A DNA stretch of 63,763 nucleotides, the filler included, from Ministeria vibrans ATCC 50519 (taxonomy: Eukaryota > Protista > Filasterea): the NCBI GenBank assembly GCA_943704425.1. It is 8 parts of 8 records of this genome, joined end to end, with 100 filler letters (N's around TTAATTAATTAA, not from the genome) between each part and the next. Parts side by side here need not be neighbours in the genome. Positions count along the whole stretch, not along the records: positions 1 to 5,916 come from CALSCP010001797.1; positions 6,017 to 26,419 come from CALSCP010002350.1; 6 more parts are not named here. The stretch is one strand, 5' to 3'. The first letter of the stretch is position 1. Every line of letters starts with the position of its first letter. Both the position numbers and the translations under genes were made by a program. Below, piece after piece: positions 1 to 13,895 of the stretch. The notes beneath the pieces are model-generated. The model was not told the origin of the DNA. It ran no database searches and saw only the letters and a list, made by a program, of their open reading frames with translations.

Positions 1-31
1 CCCCCCCCCACTCTCTCTCTCTCACTGTCAC

Positions 32-3000
32 TCAAATAGCATTGGCGATAATGCTCGTCACGGCCTCATCTTCACTGCGCACCGTCAGTTTGAGCATGAC
101 AGTGGCTGTCGAGCCCGATGCACGGAACGCCAGACGCGCCTCGGCAAGCACCGAATGCCCGCCGCGGTACACACCCGCGAGCAAGAGTGTCTAAAAAAAA
201 AAAATTACAAATCAGGCAATTGAATCGCATGGAAAGTAGGTACATGTGTGGCAGCGTCCTTGCTGACACGGTCCGTTCGCTCGCACGCAGCCATGCCCAA
301 ACACTTGACAATCTCCTTGACGGCCTCTACGCAGAACGAAAACAGTTATGATTTGATTTTCTTTGCTTTGTGCTATCCTCTCTCCATGTCCGTCAGTCTG
401 CCATACCTTCGACATCTTTGAGAGGCAGTTCGTAGCTGTTTTCTTCCGAATGGCCCGACGATGCCATCTGCTCCCACAACTGCGTAAAGCTGATGTTGTG
501 CACCGGCAAAATGTAGTCGGCGACGCCCACGTCCAAGAAATCGACGGGGTATTCTTCGGCAAACCCTTCGCTGTCCTCGTCGTCCAGTTCTCCTGTTGCC
601 GGATCGCAGTCTTTCACCAAAAATTTCAGAGTGTTTGTCAAGCTCGCATCAGCTATACAAAACATTTTTTTTTAGTTTTTTTTTAGTTTAAAATTAATAT
701 AAAAAAATTATTAATAATAATTATTATTATTATTATTCACAACTTATTCTTACGAGAATCAGGTTCGAGTTGCTGCAGAGTGACATACAACATGACGGGT
801 TCATCGCACTTGGCACGTTCTGCCGAGATGGAGTCGACGATTTCGTAGCCACCCTCCACCTCCACCGCCATACTCACATTGTCCAGGACCTGCAAAGCAA
901 TAATATCAGCAGATCAGAAAAAAAAAGAGACAGAAGCCATGCAATGCAACACGCAACAACAGGAAAATTATTTTTCAGAGGGAGGAAATGCGTAAGGATG
1001 AATGTCTGACCTGCTCATTGAGGGTGTTCGTGACGGTGTACTCGAGCACGAGGTGGTTGGGGTAGATATGCTTGACGACGGAGACGACATATTCGGTCTC
1101 GGCCTCCGTCAGCTCGACAGGCTTGCTTGACTTGTGCAACGCTCCAAGCGTTGCAAACTGAGGCATGGCGGCGAGACGAGCGGCGTGCTGCTCCTGTGAC
1201 GCAACCGATGCCTTGACGGCCTTGGAGGGTTGCGTGGCCTTGTACGGGTCTACATCCACCTCGTCCAAAGGACGCTTCTCCTTGGTTTCCACCTCACGCG
1301 ACACCGTTTGCATATTGAACGGCACCTAATCATCACCAAAGAAAAGGCAATTTATTAAAAACATAATTATAATAATTATATAATAATAATAATTATTATT
1401 ATTATAATAATATAAATAATAATAATAATAAAAATATTATTAATATTAATGACAATGAGAATCGTACTGCAAAGTTTTCGCTGTTAGACAGGTAGGTGTT
1501 GACGGCGCGTTCAAGACCAGCCGAGGAAACAGGGAGAGTGTCGGTCTGAGAGCCGCAGAGGAAGGCGCTGGCAAGGGCGACATCGGTGTTGAGGAGGCGC
1601 AAGTAGAAGGCGGCGCGATCACGGACCTCGTCGTCGCTGTCGTGCGTCGAGCGACTCAACAGGACCTTGATGGAGGGTCTAAGCGACTCGCAGAGTGCCC
1701 CAAACTTGGCGAGAGCAGAGACGGCGGCGGCGCGAACGGTGGGACACTCGAGAATGGTACGGTTGTAGATGTGGCGTGTGTACGTGCCGGGGTTGGCCGT
1801 GCGCGGTCCAAACTTGCCCACGGTGAAAATGACGCGTGTTGACAAGTTTGTAAAGTCGCAATCCTCAATGAATTCACACAGTTTCTCCAGGCCAATGGTG
1901 GTCGCCTCTGGTATCTCCTCGACAATGCTGGTGAGAGCGTCGACAATGGCTTTTTTGAACTCGTATCCACCGTCGTCGCGCAGAATACCCGACAGGAAGT
2001 TCATCATGACAAGGTGCTTTTGCGGAAACTTGATACACAGCTGACGGATTGCATCGACCACAACAATCTATGACAAAACAAAGAGAACTTAGCTTTTTTC
2101 TCTTCTTATTTTTGTCGTTTTGATCACGACTGTTCACCTTGAATTCATCGGGAATCTCGCCGATGAAAGACGTAATTTGCTTCATGAGGCGGTCGACGCT
2201 CTGCTCACTTCCCGTCTTAAGGAGGGTGGTGATGGCGAGGGTGGCGACGGAACGGTTGGAGTCGGTGATGAGGTTCTCCAGGTCGAGGTTGCACGACATG
2301 ACGGACAGGGGGTGCGTGGAAGCGACTTTGGAAAGGGTACGCACCGCTGCAAAGCGCACCGTGGGCTTCGCAGAGGTCAGCAACAGCTACAAAAAAAACA
2401 AAAAAAAAACAAAAGAAGAAAAAGGAGGAGGGGTTGAGAAGAAGTAAAAGGGATCTGAAGCGAGTACCTGCAAGACCGAGACAGCAGGGCTGAGTTCGCG
2501 AGCAGTGACATTGGTAAGGTTGCAGAGAGCGCGTGCCGCTTCATACACGACCATTTCTGAACGATGGCGCATGCACTGTTCAAGGAATTCGCGCAGTGTG
2601 CGCTGTTGTGAATCATCGTCATCCTATACGAGCAAAAGGAGGAGAGAGTGAGCAAATGACCCAGAATGTGGGCGTCGCGTCAGCTGCGTGATTCGCTTTT
2701 TGAGAAGGTTCGATTTCGAAAACATTTTCATATGCTTCCGGTGGGTTCAACTAGATAAAAGCAAACAAGTGTACATACCATGACCTGAGTGGCATAGCGG
2801 ATGAGAAGACAGCAGGCAAGAGGAGAGCGCACAGAGCCGGCCGCGATGAGGCTGGTCACTGTCTTGCACACTGCCATACGGTCGCGTGCCTACGAGGGAA
2901 ACGAGAGGCGACAAAACAATGTAAAGGTGAACAATCATGCAGCGTGCGTGTTTACCTTGATGTGGTAGAGAAGACCCAGCGCGTGATATTGAACCATGCT

Positions 3001-4235
3001 TGACTTGCTGTTGAGTGCCTGCTTCACTTCACTCACCCATCCCTACACGAAAAAATCGAAAAAGCATTAGATTTTATCTCGCTCGCTATGGCAACATGTC
3101 TTGTGTGTATCAAGCTGACCTTGACCATGTCGAGCCGAACGGGGAGCATGTGCAAAGAGGAGACGAGGGCAGCACTGGCGACGGTGGGCATGCGATCGAC
3201 AATGGCCTGCTTCAGTTGCGTGCCAATCTGCTCTGTCATCGTGGCTGGCTACAAATGGACAAAGAACAGTTAGATACACACATGGGTGTGCGTGTATGTG
3301 GATGTGGAGGACACAAGTGGGCGTACGTCCATCATTTTGCAGAGAGTGCGAATGGCCGGGCCACGAAAGGTGTCTTCCTTGGACGACATGTCTTTGATGA
3401 GGGTGCTCGTCACAATGATAACGTCATCTGCGGACGTGACCAGCTCTTTGATCGTCAGATAGACAAGGCGCCGTAAGGTAACCTATGCGGGGAGGTCTCT
3501 GTGAGTGGTATGCTATTGTGGCGCTCTTTAGTACATCTTTGGCCTGAAACAGTTTGGTGACGGCAAAGAATGTCTCGGTGGCATCCGACGAGGAGAGCGG
3601 CTCGCCGTGGTTGAGGACATATAAGAGTTTGGTAAGGACCTAGGAGAAGGAGGCGGTCAGGCAGGGCGGCGGGTGTGTGGCGAGGGCGTACGTGGATGCA
3701 AGCGGACGCGCGCTGTTTCGGCGCGTTGAAAACCTGTCGCGCTTCCTGCAGCACGGCGGCCTTCTCGACAAAGGCAAACGGGTTGTTGCCAGCTAGAAGA
3801 GAGAGAAGGCACGAGCGTCGATTAGGGCGTGGCAGTGACGCGACACACGGATGAAAGTTGAGGGGTGAGAAAAAAAAATGGACCAAGAGGTCGTTTATGG
3901 CTTGCACAAGGCAAAAGAAGCAACCAACGAATCAGAGGAGAATGGTCGAACGGCAGACCGTAGAAGGAAGTGAGGAAGCGGAAAGCTTCAGTTGACAAGA
4001 GAGAAGGAAACCCCTTTTCTTGCTTTTTTTTTTTTTTTTTTTGAAGTTTTCGATGTTGGGAGTGAGGCAGGAACAGGAATGGTCTGGACAAGCGCAACAT
4101 CATAATAATGCACACCCGCAACTGGCGGTGGGTGGGAAGGTGGTGGTGGTGGTGGTGGAGAGGGGGCAGATGCCGATGATGATGAAGAAACCAATTTGTC
4201 GTCGTACAGTCTTCGTCGCGATCTTTGCTGCGCAT
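32..4235 (-). CDS. COPG: Coatomer subunit gamma (multi-exon)
   Basis: Spliced exons read [72 protein letters not shown]; ATG at 4235, TGA at 32-34; introns GT-AG. Confidence 0.96.
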
Positions 4236-4920
4236 GGTGGCGAAGTTGAACAAAGAGAGACTTGCAATAGAAATGATTTGATGTGGAAAATCACACCGTA
4301 GCGTGTGATCACTGATCGGCCCGGTGAATCAATCACCATTCTCACTAACACTATTGACTATTCAGCTGCCTCTTTTTTTTGCCCCTCCTAGTAACGTAAG
4401 TGATTGACGTGTGTGTATGTCTGTATGCATGTGTGTGTGTGAGAGAGAGAGAGAGGGAAAGGGGATGTCTTTTTCTGGTTGGGTCTTTTTGCATTTTTGG
4501 GTTAGCGCTATCGCTTTGTGAAAGTTGGACGCGACGCTGGCGGACGGTGTGGCGTGGTAGGCGCACAAGTAGTGGTGTGGTCGTGGCGCCTGAGCACTTA
4601 TTGTGGAGTCGATGGGGCGCGCTGGACGGCACATGGAGGTGTTGGAGTTTGACGTGTCTCTCGGCTGTGCCTGCCGTGCCTGGACGATGCGGACTGGTCT
4701 ACGTGGGCTGCACGAGGCAGGCGAATGCAAAAGAACGCCGTGCGTGGGCTGGGGGGCCGTGGCAATGCCCCCAAGCCTTTTTCATCGTGGCGAACGGCTC
4801 GTCGTCTGTTGCGCTCCCCTCCATTTCCCTCGCCGCCGTTTCTCTTCTTTCCCACTCCCTTGTACCGCTTAACATGCTGCTTGTGTGCTTCACTCTCGTC
4901 AACATCGTCAACAGGCTCAG

Positions 4921-4951
<31 letters not shown>

Positions 4952-5157
4952 TTGGACCTGTTTCTTTGTGACTGTGTCGCTTGTGCCCCGCTACACGTGT
5001 CCGTGTACCGGCACTGTATTGTGAGCGGGTGCATGACGGGGCTGCCGGCGTGTGCTGGCTAGTTTCATATGTGTTCGTGTCGGGCGATTGAGCATGACTT
5101 TTTGTCTTAACCTTTTTTTCTCTCCTCCTTTGTCGTTCCACCCCCTTTAGAGTCGCC

Positions 5158-5767
5158 ATGGAGTCAGTGCAAACATTCGGACGCAAGGTAACGTATTCGT
5201 CAGATACATTCGTGCAGTTGTGACGGCGTTGTGTTCCTTTTTTTTTTTTCTTCTTTTATCGACTTGCATTACCTTACATCTCTCTCTCTCTCCTCTCTGT
5301 TTGCCTTTGTAGAAGTCCGCTACCGCCGTTGCATACTGCAAGCGTGGACAGGGTGTGATGCGTCTTAACGGACGTCCTCTTGAGCTGGTGCAGCCTGAGA
5401 TTCTCCGCAACAAGGTAGGGGAAGGAGGACGAGGTGACGGCGACACACTGATTGAATTTTGTATTGATACTTGTAGGTGCTCGAGCCGGTTCTGCTGCTG
5501 GGCAAGGACAAATTCAACGGTGTTGACATCCGTGTGCGTGTCAAGGGTGGAGGTTCCACTGCACAGATCTACGCTATCCGTCAGGCGATTGCCAAGGCAC
5601 TCGTTGCCTTCTACCAGAAGTACGTTGACGAGGCGTCCAAGAAGGAGATCAAGGACATTCTCGTCTCCTACGACCGATCCCTCCTTGTTGCCGACTCGCG
5701 TCGCAGCGAGCCCAAGAAGTTTGGTGGCCCCGGCGCGCGCGCTCGCTACCAGAAGTCGTACCGTTAA
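5158..5767 (+). CDS. RPS16: 40S ribosomal protein S16 (uS9), 3 coding exons
   Basis: [10 protein letters not shown]|[12 protein letters not shown]...RNK|VLEPVLLLG...[19 protein letters not shown]. Confidence 0.98.
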
Positions 5768-5960
5768 GCTTCTCTTTTGGTTGAAGTGTTGAATGAACAG
5801 TGACATATTAAAAAAAGAAAAAAAAAGAAAAAAAAATAGAATAAACAGTGAGACGCTGAGCGGTAGCTCCTTGTAAAGTGTGTGTGTGTGTGTGTGTGTG
5901 TGTGGGGGGGGGGGGGNNNNNNNNNNNNNNNNNNNNNNNNNNNNNNNNNNNNNNNNNNNN

Positions 5961-5972
5961 TTAATTAATTAA
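5961..5972. other. Artificial contig linker TTAATTAATTAA (also 26464, 27741, 46988, 49994, 52063, 62595)
   Basis: Identical six-frame-stop 12-mer flanked by N runs, seven times. Confidence 0.98.
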
Positions 5973-6023
5973 NNNNNNNNNNNNNNNNNNNNNNNNNNNN
6001 NNNNNNNNNNNNNNNNTTTTTTT

Positions 6024-7882
6024 TCATACCTTGAGCAATTCAGGGTCGTGTTCGCGGCAATACTGCTTGAAAAGATCGACTGCTGCAGGTTTGTTGTGAA
6101 GAGTGCGGAGAAAGTCCCCCAGCGAGAGCTTGCGCTTGAGGTGCATTATGACGAGGAAAACAAGATCACTGTCGCCCGACTGCATGGCCTTGACGAGCGC
6201 AAGGTCATCCTCGTCCATGTTCATCAGGAGAGGCACTTGGTCGCCGCTCTTGGGCTCCTGCTCGAGCAGCAAAGTCGCCAGGCCTGGTTTGCCCGTATGA
6301 TGCGCCGCACGCGCTATGTCCTACATGTGACGTGATTAAGAGGTATGCACTTTAAGTTGACTCTCTCGGGCATCGTTGTCCATACGGCGTAGCTGACTCC
6401 ACGCGTTTCTCCAAGACGTGCAATGATGTCGCGCGCAAGGATGGCATCGTCCTCGCTCTGTTGCACCTTCACACACGCCCAGTGCACCAGCACACTGTCC
6501 ACCTTCATTCTAGACAATGCAGTAGCATTAAAATAAAAGAATGTTTCTCCTTTGTTCGTTCGCTCCAATAGGTCCGCTTACTTTAGGTACTCGCACATGC
6601 GAAAGGCAACAGCATACTGCCGACGGACGACAAGACGATCGCGAAGGGTTCGCGGAGAGAGACGTAGAAGCTGTGCGTGTGTAAGGGGAATGCCTACAGT
6701 GTACTCGCGCACAGTGTTGAGCACGCGGAGCGTCTGGCACATGTCCACCTGAGACGCAAAGACGCGCAAATGAGTGTGAAAGTGGAACATACATAATCTG
6801 ACACGTACAAAGGAATCGCTGTTGTAAAAGTCAAGAAAGCACTTGCCGTAGCTGGCAGCCTTGAGGAGCTGCCTCTGCGTGCGCGGACTCAGCTCAAACC
6901 TATCATACGTACAAAAATACGTTACGTTCACAATCAACACAAGTCGGGGGGGGGCACATGAAAATAAGTACCCTGCGGCTTCGATACACGCGTCGACCGC
7001 CTGTGACAGCATAGGTTTGATGCCGCGGATGAGGTCGTCGGCCTTGGGCGACTCCTTCTCAAAGTGGTCCTGTGCGTCGTACAGAATGGCACTCGGGGCG
7101 GTGCTGCCAATCTTGAAGATGTCCTCGACCGTCTTGGGAACCAGGCGCAACAACTCGTGACGCAGACCGCTGACAATGCGCACGCCATCCAGCTCAGGCA
7201 CCAGATGCACACACTCGTCGTAGGGATACTTGATCCAGTCCCCGCGCGGCCCAATCATAAAAAGCATGTTTTCCCAGAACGCAACCACGGAGTCTGTTCC
7301 GCACCTGCAATAATATGTGCACGTGCGCGTGTGAGAAAAAGAAAGAGAGTAGCTACATGCAGAAAAGACGATAATGAATCGTACCAGACAAGTTGCAGTG
7401 GCGCCACTTTGCTCTTCGTGTTGAACTCACTGAGCTTCTTCTTGAAATCCGCACTCACCACCCACAGGAAGCCCGTGTCGCCAAACAACGCCAACAATTT
7501 GCCATTGGGCGACACTGCAATCTGTGTCACTGGTCCTCCTTGAAATTGCTACACAGAAAAAAAAAACAGAGAAAAAGAAAAGGATAAGCTTTTCTCTTGT
7601 TCCGTCCCGCCATATACCTGATCTTGTGCTTCGGTGGCATCCACCACAAAAACACTCTGTCCAACGGCCACGAGCACTTCGACATTGCGAGAAATGGCAA
7701 AGCGAGGCTCGATGACTGCCCAGCTCGTCGGTGGCTCGGTTAGGCCAGGTACGTCCGCCAGACGTCGCACGCGCGGTCCCTCCTCGACACTCGTCACCGC
7801 AAAGAACTGCAATTGCTCCGTCATCACTACAATACCCGTCCCGTAGATGCGACAGTCGCGCACTCCTTGTTGTTGCGCATCC
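6024..7882 (-). CDS. VPS16: Vacuolar protein sorting 16 (HOPS/CORVET), partial at both ends
   Basis: LVPELDGVRI, IFKIGSTAPSAILYDA, LLKAASYGKCF, LRVLNTVRE.VGIPLT, VLVHWACVKV, QVPLLMNM; bounded by a contig edge and an N gap. Confidence 0.93.
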
Positions 7883-9307
7883 TATCAAAAGAAAGCAAAC
7901 ACGACGGAAGAAAAAGCATTAATAAGACCGTATAATATATCAAGAATAAAGTTNNNNNNNNNNNNNNNNNNNNNNNNNNNNNNNNNNNNNNNNNNNNNNN
8001 NNNNNNNNNNNNNNNNNNNNNNNNNNNNNNNNNNNNNNNNNNNNNNNNNNNNNNNNNNNNNNNNNNNNNNNNNNNNNNNNNNNNNNNNNNNNNNNNNNNN
8101 NNNNNNNNNNNNNNNNNNNNNNNNNNNNNNNNNNNNNNNNNNNNNNNNNNNNNNNNNNNNNNNNNNNNNNNNNNNNNNNNNNNNNNNNNNNNNNNNNNNN
8201 NNNNNNNNNNNNNNNNNNNNNNNNNNNNNNNNNNNNNNNNNNNNNNNNNNNNNNNNNNNNNNNNNNNNNNNNNNNNNNNNNNNNNNNNNNNNNNNNNNNN
8301 NNNNNNNNNNNNNNNNNNNNNNNNNNNNNNNNNNNNNNNNNNNNNNNNNNNNNNNNNNNNNNNNNNNNNNNNNNNNNNNNNNNNNNNNNNNNNNNNNNNN
8401 NNNNNNNNNNNNNNNNNNNNNNNNNNNNNNNNNNNNNNNNNNNNNNNNNNNNNNNNNNNNNNNNNNNNNNNNNNNNNNNNNNNNNNNNNNNNNNNNNNNN
8501 NNNNNNNNNNNNNNNNNNNNNNNNNNNNNNNNNNNNNNNNNNNNNNNNNNNNNNNNNNNNNNNNNNNNNNNNNNNNNNNNNNNNNNNNNNNNNNNNNNNN
8601 NNNNNNNNNNNNNNNNNNNNNNNNNNNNNNNNNNNNNNNNNNNNNNNNNNNNNNNNNNNNNNNNNNCCACCCATCCATATATCTATCCTCATAATCTAAC
8701 ACACAGTCACGACAACAAGCACACCAGCCGCCCTACAGCCGACCCGCCCCGCCTGTGTACCACGGGAGCGCCCCGCAGCCACCTGGACTTGCCGCCGCCG
8801 ACCACCGATCCGATTGCCTCAACCACGACTTCGACTTTACACTCCTTGCCGACAGACACCTTCATGGTGTCAGAGCCCTAAGCCTCCTCTGGGGGTATGG
8901 CGTACCATTGCGATTGCCTCACTGGATAGCGTCGACACAGCACTATGACCTGCCACTGTTCTCCCATGTTACCTCTAGAGTTTCGGTCGAGTTTGCAAGG
9001 CGGTCTGGCTGTGTCTTCGCGTGGTGACTGTATCATTAATAAATGGGTTGTATTCTTCTTCTATTTATTTTTCTCACCTTGACAACTTTCCACTAGTCAC
9101 TAGACCTTTTAAACACAGTCTCTCTTGTGAGCTTTCGACTGCTTTCATCGAGTTGTCCTTTCCCTTTCATGTTGACGCGCCAACTCAGACGTTTCTCGCA
9201 ACAGTGTGCCACTATCGCACATCGCCACCTCAACACCGGCCCACCGCCACCCAGCCGAGTTCTCAAGGTACCTTTGGAAGTCGTACACGGAAGTGCGCAC
9301 TGCATGG

Positions 9308-10871
9308 ATGCTTCTCAAGCGTGTCATCGTGTGCCATGGGTGCAACGCTCCCTTCCCCAACTTCCTCTCTCAACCCCTCCGTGTCTTTCTCTCTCCTGCG
9401 CAGTCCCGCGACTTGGGCATCCTCGGTGTGCCTTTGCACTATGGTCAACGCAAATCGGGCGTGGACACTGGCCCTGAAGCGCTGCGCAAGGGCAATCTCG
9501 TGGACGCGCTGAGGGCGCTCAACTGGAACGTCTCCGACTTTGGCGACATCGACATTCCTCCGCTGGGTAAGTTTTACGACGCCACTGAAGCATCTGTTGC
9601 TTCTCCGTCAATGGGGCGTTCGGTATTTGTTCTTTTTTGTGTTTTTTTTTTTGTTGTCGTAAGCAAGTTCCATCACCCAAGTCATCCACTCACATTTTGG
9701 GTGTTTATCCTCTTGTCGCCACTCACGTGTCTGTTCGCAGTCAACGACGATCTATACAACCATGTCAAGTTTCCTCGCACCTGTGGTCAAGTAAACCGCG
9801 CTCTGTGGGAGCGAGGCACGGCGATTGCCAAGGCAGGTGGAGCTCTGCTAAACCTCGGTTGGTGCACAATACTAAATAATTCATTATTACTAATGTTATA
9901 GTACCAACTATTTTTTTTTGTATGACACAGGTGGCGATCACTCTATGGCGGTGGGCACTATTTCAACAATGCTGTCGAGCTACGAAAACCCCGGGGTCAT
10001 CTGGGTGGATGCTCACGCAGACATTAACACTGTCGACTCTAGGTGACATGTCTCACGTGCCTTCTCCATTGCTCACCTTTGTATTGTGGTGTAGTCCCAG
10101 TGGCAGTATCCATGGCATGCCAATCGCACTTACTCTTAAACAGGGACCCAAAGTATTCCACTCTAAAAAAAAGAAAAAGCGTGCTGCTGTCCATCTCAAA
10201 GTCCCTGCCCCTGCCATTGTCGATATCACTAGTGCCNNNNNNNNNNAAAAAAAAAAAAAAAAAAAAAAAAAAAAACATACAAACAAACTACAACAACAAC
10301 AGCAAGAAGACAAACTGAGAATAATTGATGTTTTTATCATTGTAGCTTCCGGGGTTTGAGTGGCTGGACACAGTCCCTGCGCTGCGACCGGACCAGATTG
10401 TTTACGTGGGACTGCGAGACGTCGACCCTGGCGAGCGCACGCTGATCCGTGAGTTGGGCATCCGCGCCTTCTCCATCCATGACGTCGACCGCTTTGGCCT
10501 TGGCGCAGTCATGCAGCAGGCCCTCGAGTGCCTTCTCGGGCCCAACTGCGACTCACCGCGACCTCTCCTCCTCAGCTTCGACATTGACGTTGTCGACCCG
10601 TTCTACGCCCCGTCCACGGGCACTGCCGTCTCAGGCGGTCTCACCTACCGGTACTGCAAAACCCTCAGCCTAACCCTAGCTCTAATCCATCCATCCATCC
10701 CTTCACAGAGAGTCGCAGTTCGTGTGCGAGGCAGTGGCACTGAGTGGCTGCATGGCCGCCATGGACCTTGTTGAGGTCAACCCGACCCTCATGCATCCCA
10801 CCGAAGCAGACAAGACGGTCACTATGGCCCGTGAGCTTGTCCTCTCTGCTTTTGGCGAATTCCCTCTGTAA
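9308..10871 (+). CDS. Arginase (ureohydrolase family), multi-exon
   Basis: [63 protein letters not shown] metal-binding motifs. Confidence 0.93.
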
Positions 10872-11031
10872 ACCGTAAAAATCGTATAATTTAGGCTATT
10901 TTCAAAGACGCACACACAGACTGTACACATTTACTAGCAATACAATTAAAATCCACGATGTCGTTTCTCGGGCGGCAATTCCTCACTAAACGAAACAAAA
11001 ACGACAATGTGAGACGCGTTCAAGTTGGTTA

Positions 11032-13766
11032 TTAAAAAAAGTCGTACAAGTCATCGTCAAAGGCATCATCGTCCTCCTCGTCATACTCCGCGTCACTCAT
11101 CTCCATCGCCCCGCCACCACCACCACCATACACATCCTCAATGCCGTCATCTTCATCGTCGTCGTCGTCGCTCGACTCTGCCCCCGCCAGCTGCACGCCG
11201 CCTCCGTCTGCGCTGTGTCGTGTGTCTCCCACCATCGCCCGCAGCTTTTCCTTCACGCGGTACTTCTCCGCATGCAGTCGCTCCTTCAGCCGCCGCTTGT
11301 CCGCCACATCCGCCACCTTCATCGCATCTCTGGAAGCCTCCACCGGCAGCTCTGGCGCTCCGCGAATCACATCATCCCCAATCACCTCTCCGGTGTCCTC
11401 ATCAAACCGCGTGTGCTTCGACACCACTCCAAGTCGTTTGAGGCTCTTGGCAATCTCCTTGCGCGTCTGCAGCCGTCGCTTCTTGTTGTCTCCGTACATC
11501 TGGCCCAGCTCATCGCGAGTCATCTTATCCGGCATCGTCTCAGCCACAGTCTCCTCCTTCTTCTTGTACACCAGCAGATCGTCGTCGCTCGCGTCCTCCT
11601 CGTCCCCATCCGCACGCAGCTTGGCATACGCCTCACTCAGCACCGTCGCGTTCTTCTTCTTTCGCAACTTGTCGATTTTCATCGATGACTTGCGCACAAC
11701 AGGCTCCTCCTCATCGCTATTCTCCTCCTCACCGCTATTCTCTTCCTCCTCGTCGTCCTCTTCCTCTTCGTCATCCTCCTCGTCCTCCTTCTGCTTCCCT
11801 CCCCCCTCTTCCCGCTTCTTCTTCTTCTCCTTCATGCGTCGCTCCTTCTCCGCCTTCTTTGCAAACTTGATCCGTGGCGCACCTGCCAGCCCCAGACTCG
11901 CTGCAAACGCCTCGGCTGGCAACGCAGTCACGTCGAACACGGCCTTGTTGCGCTGCAGAAAAACCGAGCGCATGTACGAAATGAATGTCTTCTCGGCAAG
12001 GTACTTCATGTCGGGATCCTGCGAGCAATACGACGCTAGTTTGCCCGCAATACTCTTGCGCTTGTCCGGGTTCACGTGAATCTGCACAATATCAATGTGA
12101 GTGCGCTCGCGCAGTGCAGCCACCATGTGTTCCTCCTCGGACGGACACAGCACCAGCAGCGCATGACCGTCGCGCTCGTAGCGGGCAGTTCGACCCGCCC
12201 GATGCACATATGTGTCCGTGTCCTCGGGACAGTCCAACTGCACCACCCAGTGAACCGCAGGAAAGTCGAGACCTCGCGCCGCAATGTCTGTCGCAATCAG
12301 CACCGCCGCATCCCGCCCTGTAAAGTCGTTGAATATCCCCATCCGCTTCATCTGCTTCTGCTTCCCGTACAGCGCCATTAGCGCAATGCCCGGTCGCGTC
12401 CGGTGGAAAGTCTCGTAGATAAATCGTGCCTAAACAACAACAGTAATAATAATAATAATAATTATTATTATTATATTATTATCATTATTATTTTTTATCT
12501 CATTGTTGTGATGAAAGCCAAAAAAAAAAAAAAAAAAAAAAAGAACTATTGATGATATAATATATCGTACTTGTTTGCAAGAGGAAACAAAGACGATGAT
12601 CTTGGACTTGAGATGGGAGCGCACAAAGGCATAGAGAAAGTCGAGTTTCTCGTTGAGCGGACACACAACGTAGTGATGTTGGAGCTTGCTGGGCGCCAGG
12701 GAGGCGCCCGGCGCATTGGCGTCGCAGTAGCGGGGCGCATTGAGTGAGAGACGCGCAAGTTGTGCGACCGAGCTGGTTTGGGTAGCGCTGAACATGAGTG
12801 TTTGGCGGGCGGGAGCGCGCGGCAAATTGCTAAGGATGGCGTCGAGCGCACGCTGGAAGCCCATGTCAAGCAGACGGTCCGCTTCGTCCAGCACCAGAAT
12901 GCGGACCGAGTCTGTATTAAAGGTCGGCGTCTCGTCCATGTGCTGCAACAGTCGCCCCGGTGTGCAAATGAGCACATTCATGCGAGTCACCAGTGCCTAT
13001 GCAGTACCAAACCAGACATTACTATTGCTTTCCTTTGAAGCTCAGCTCATGCTTGTCGAATACCTTTTCCGTATCGACATCTTTGCCACCAATGATGAGG
13101 CCGGCGGAAAAGTCGTGTTCGCAAGCAATGCGACGAAGCACCTCAAAGGTTTGAAAGGCAAGTTCGCGCGTGGGCGAAATCACAATGGCACCGAGTCCAT
13201 CGTCGGCGCTGAACCGCTCGCGCCACATGAGCTCGATGACAGGCAGGAGAAAGGCAAGCGTCTTGCCACTGCCAGTCTTGGCGGCGCCGAGGACGTCGAG
13301 GCCGGCAAGGGCGGGTGGCATGGCGAGCGCCTGGATCGGCGTGGTCACCTCAAAGCCGCTCTTGCGCAGGCCGCGTCGAGTGCGCCCACTCATAGCAAGG
13401 CTGCCAAACTTGGTTTTCTCCGCCAGCTGCAACAGGGCGCAGAAAGAGACACGTTAAACAGGGCAAATTGGACATTGTGCGTTGTGGCTGGTCGCGTCGC
13501 GTGTGACGACGTTGCTCACCTTCGTGTCGCTCATTTGCCTCTGCTGCTCTTGCACGCGCGCAATCTCAGCCATTTCCTCTTCAAACGAGGCCTTGGCAGC
13601 CTTGGCAGCCTTCACAGCGGCCGGCCTCGCTTTGCGTTTCTTCCTATGAATATCAATTTTTTTTTTTATGGTTTCGTTCAATTTGTTGCTGTGGTCTTCT
13701 GCGTGAACAGCGCATTGCAAGAAAAATGTGAAAGTACAACTCATCGTACCCTCGAGTTTCCGACAT
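11032..13766 (-). CDS. DDX10: DEAD-box RNA helicase DDX10/DBP4
   Basis: GAAKTGSGKTLAF, ISPTRELA, DEADRLLDMGF, FSATQT, YGKQKQMKRM, HRAGRTARY; acidic C-terminus. Confidence 0.92.
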
Positions 13767-13895
13767 GTATTTGAGAAATCTTTGAAATTTGAATTAAATG
13801 AATTTTTTGAAATATCAATTAATGGACATAATTATTTTAATACGTATAAGAATTAATAATAATAATTATAACAATCTACTCAACTTGAATAATTT

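Noticed and set aside
7827-8881. ORFs through the N gap, and Leu/Ser/Phe ORFs in satellites
   Set aside because: Artefacts of Ns and simple repeats.
8990-9003. 14-nt match gagtttgcaaggcg to ~55324
   Set aside because: A match this short is expected by chance in 64 kb.
10184-10236. Coding-like stretch inside an arginase intron
   Set aside because: Lies between a poly-A run and an N gap; most likely a misjoin.
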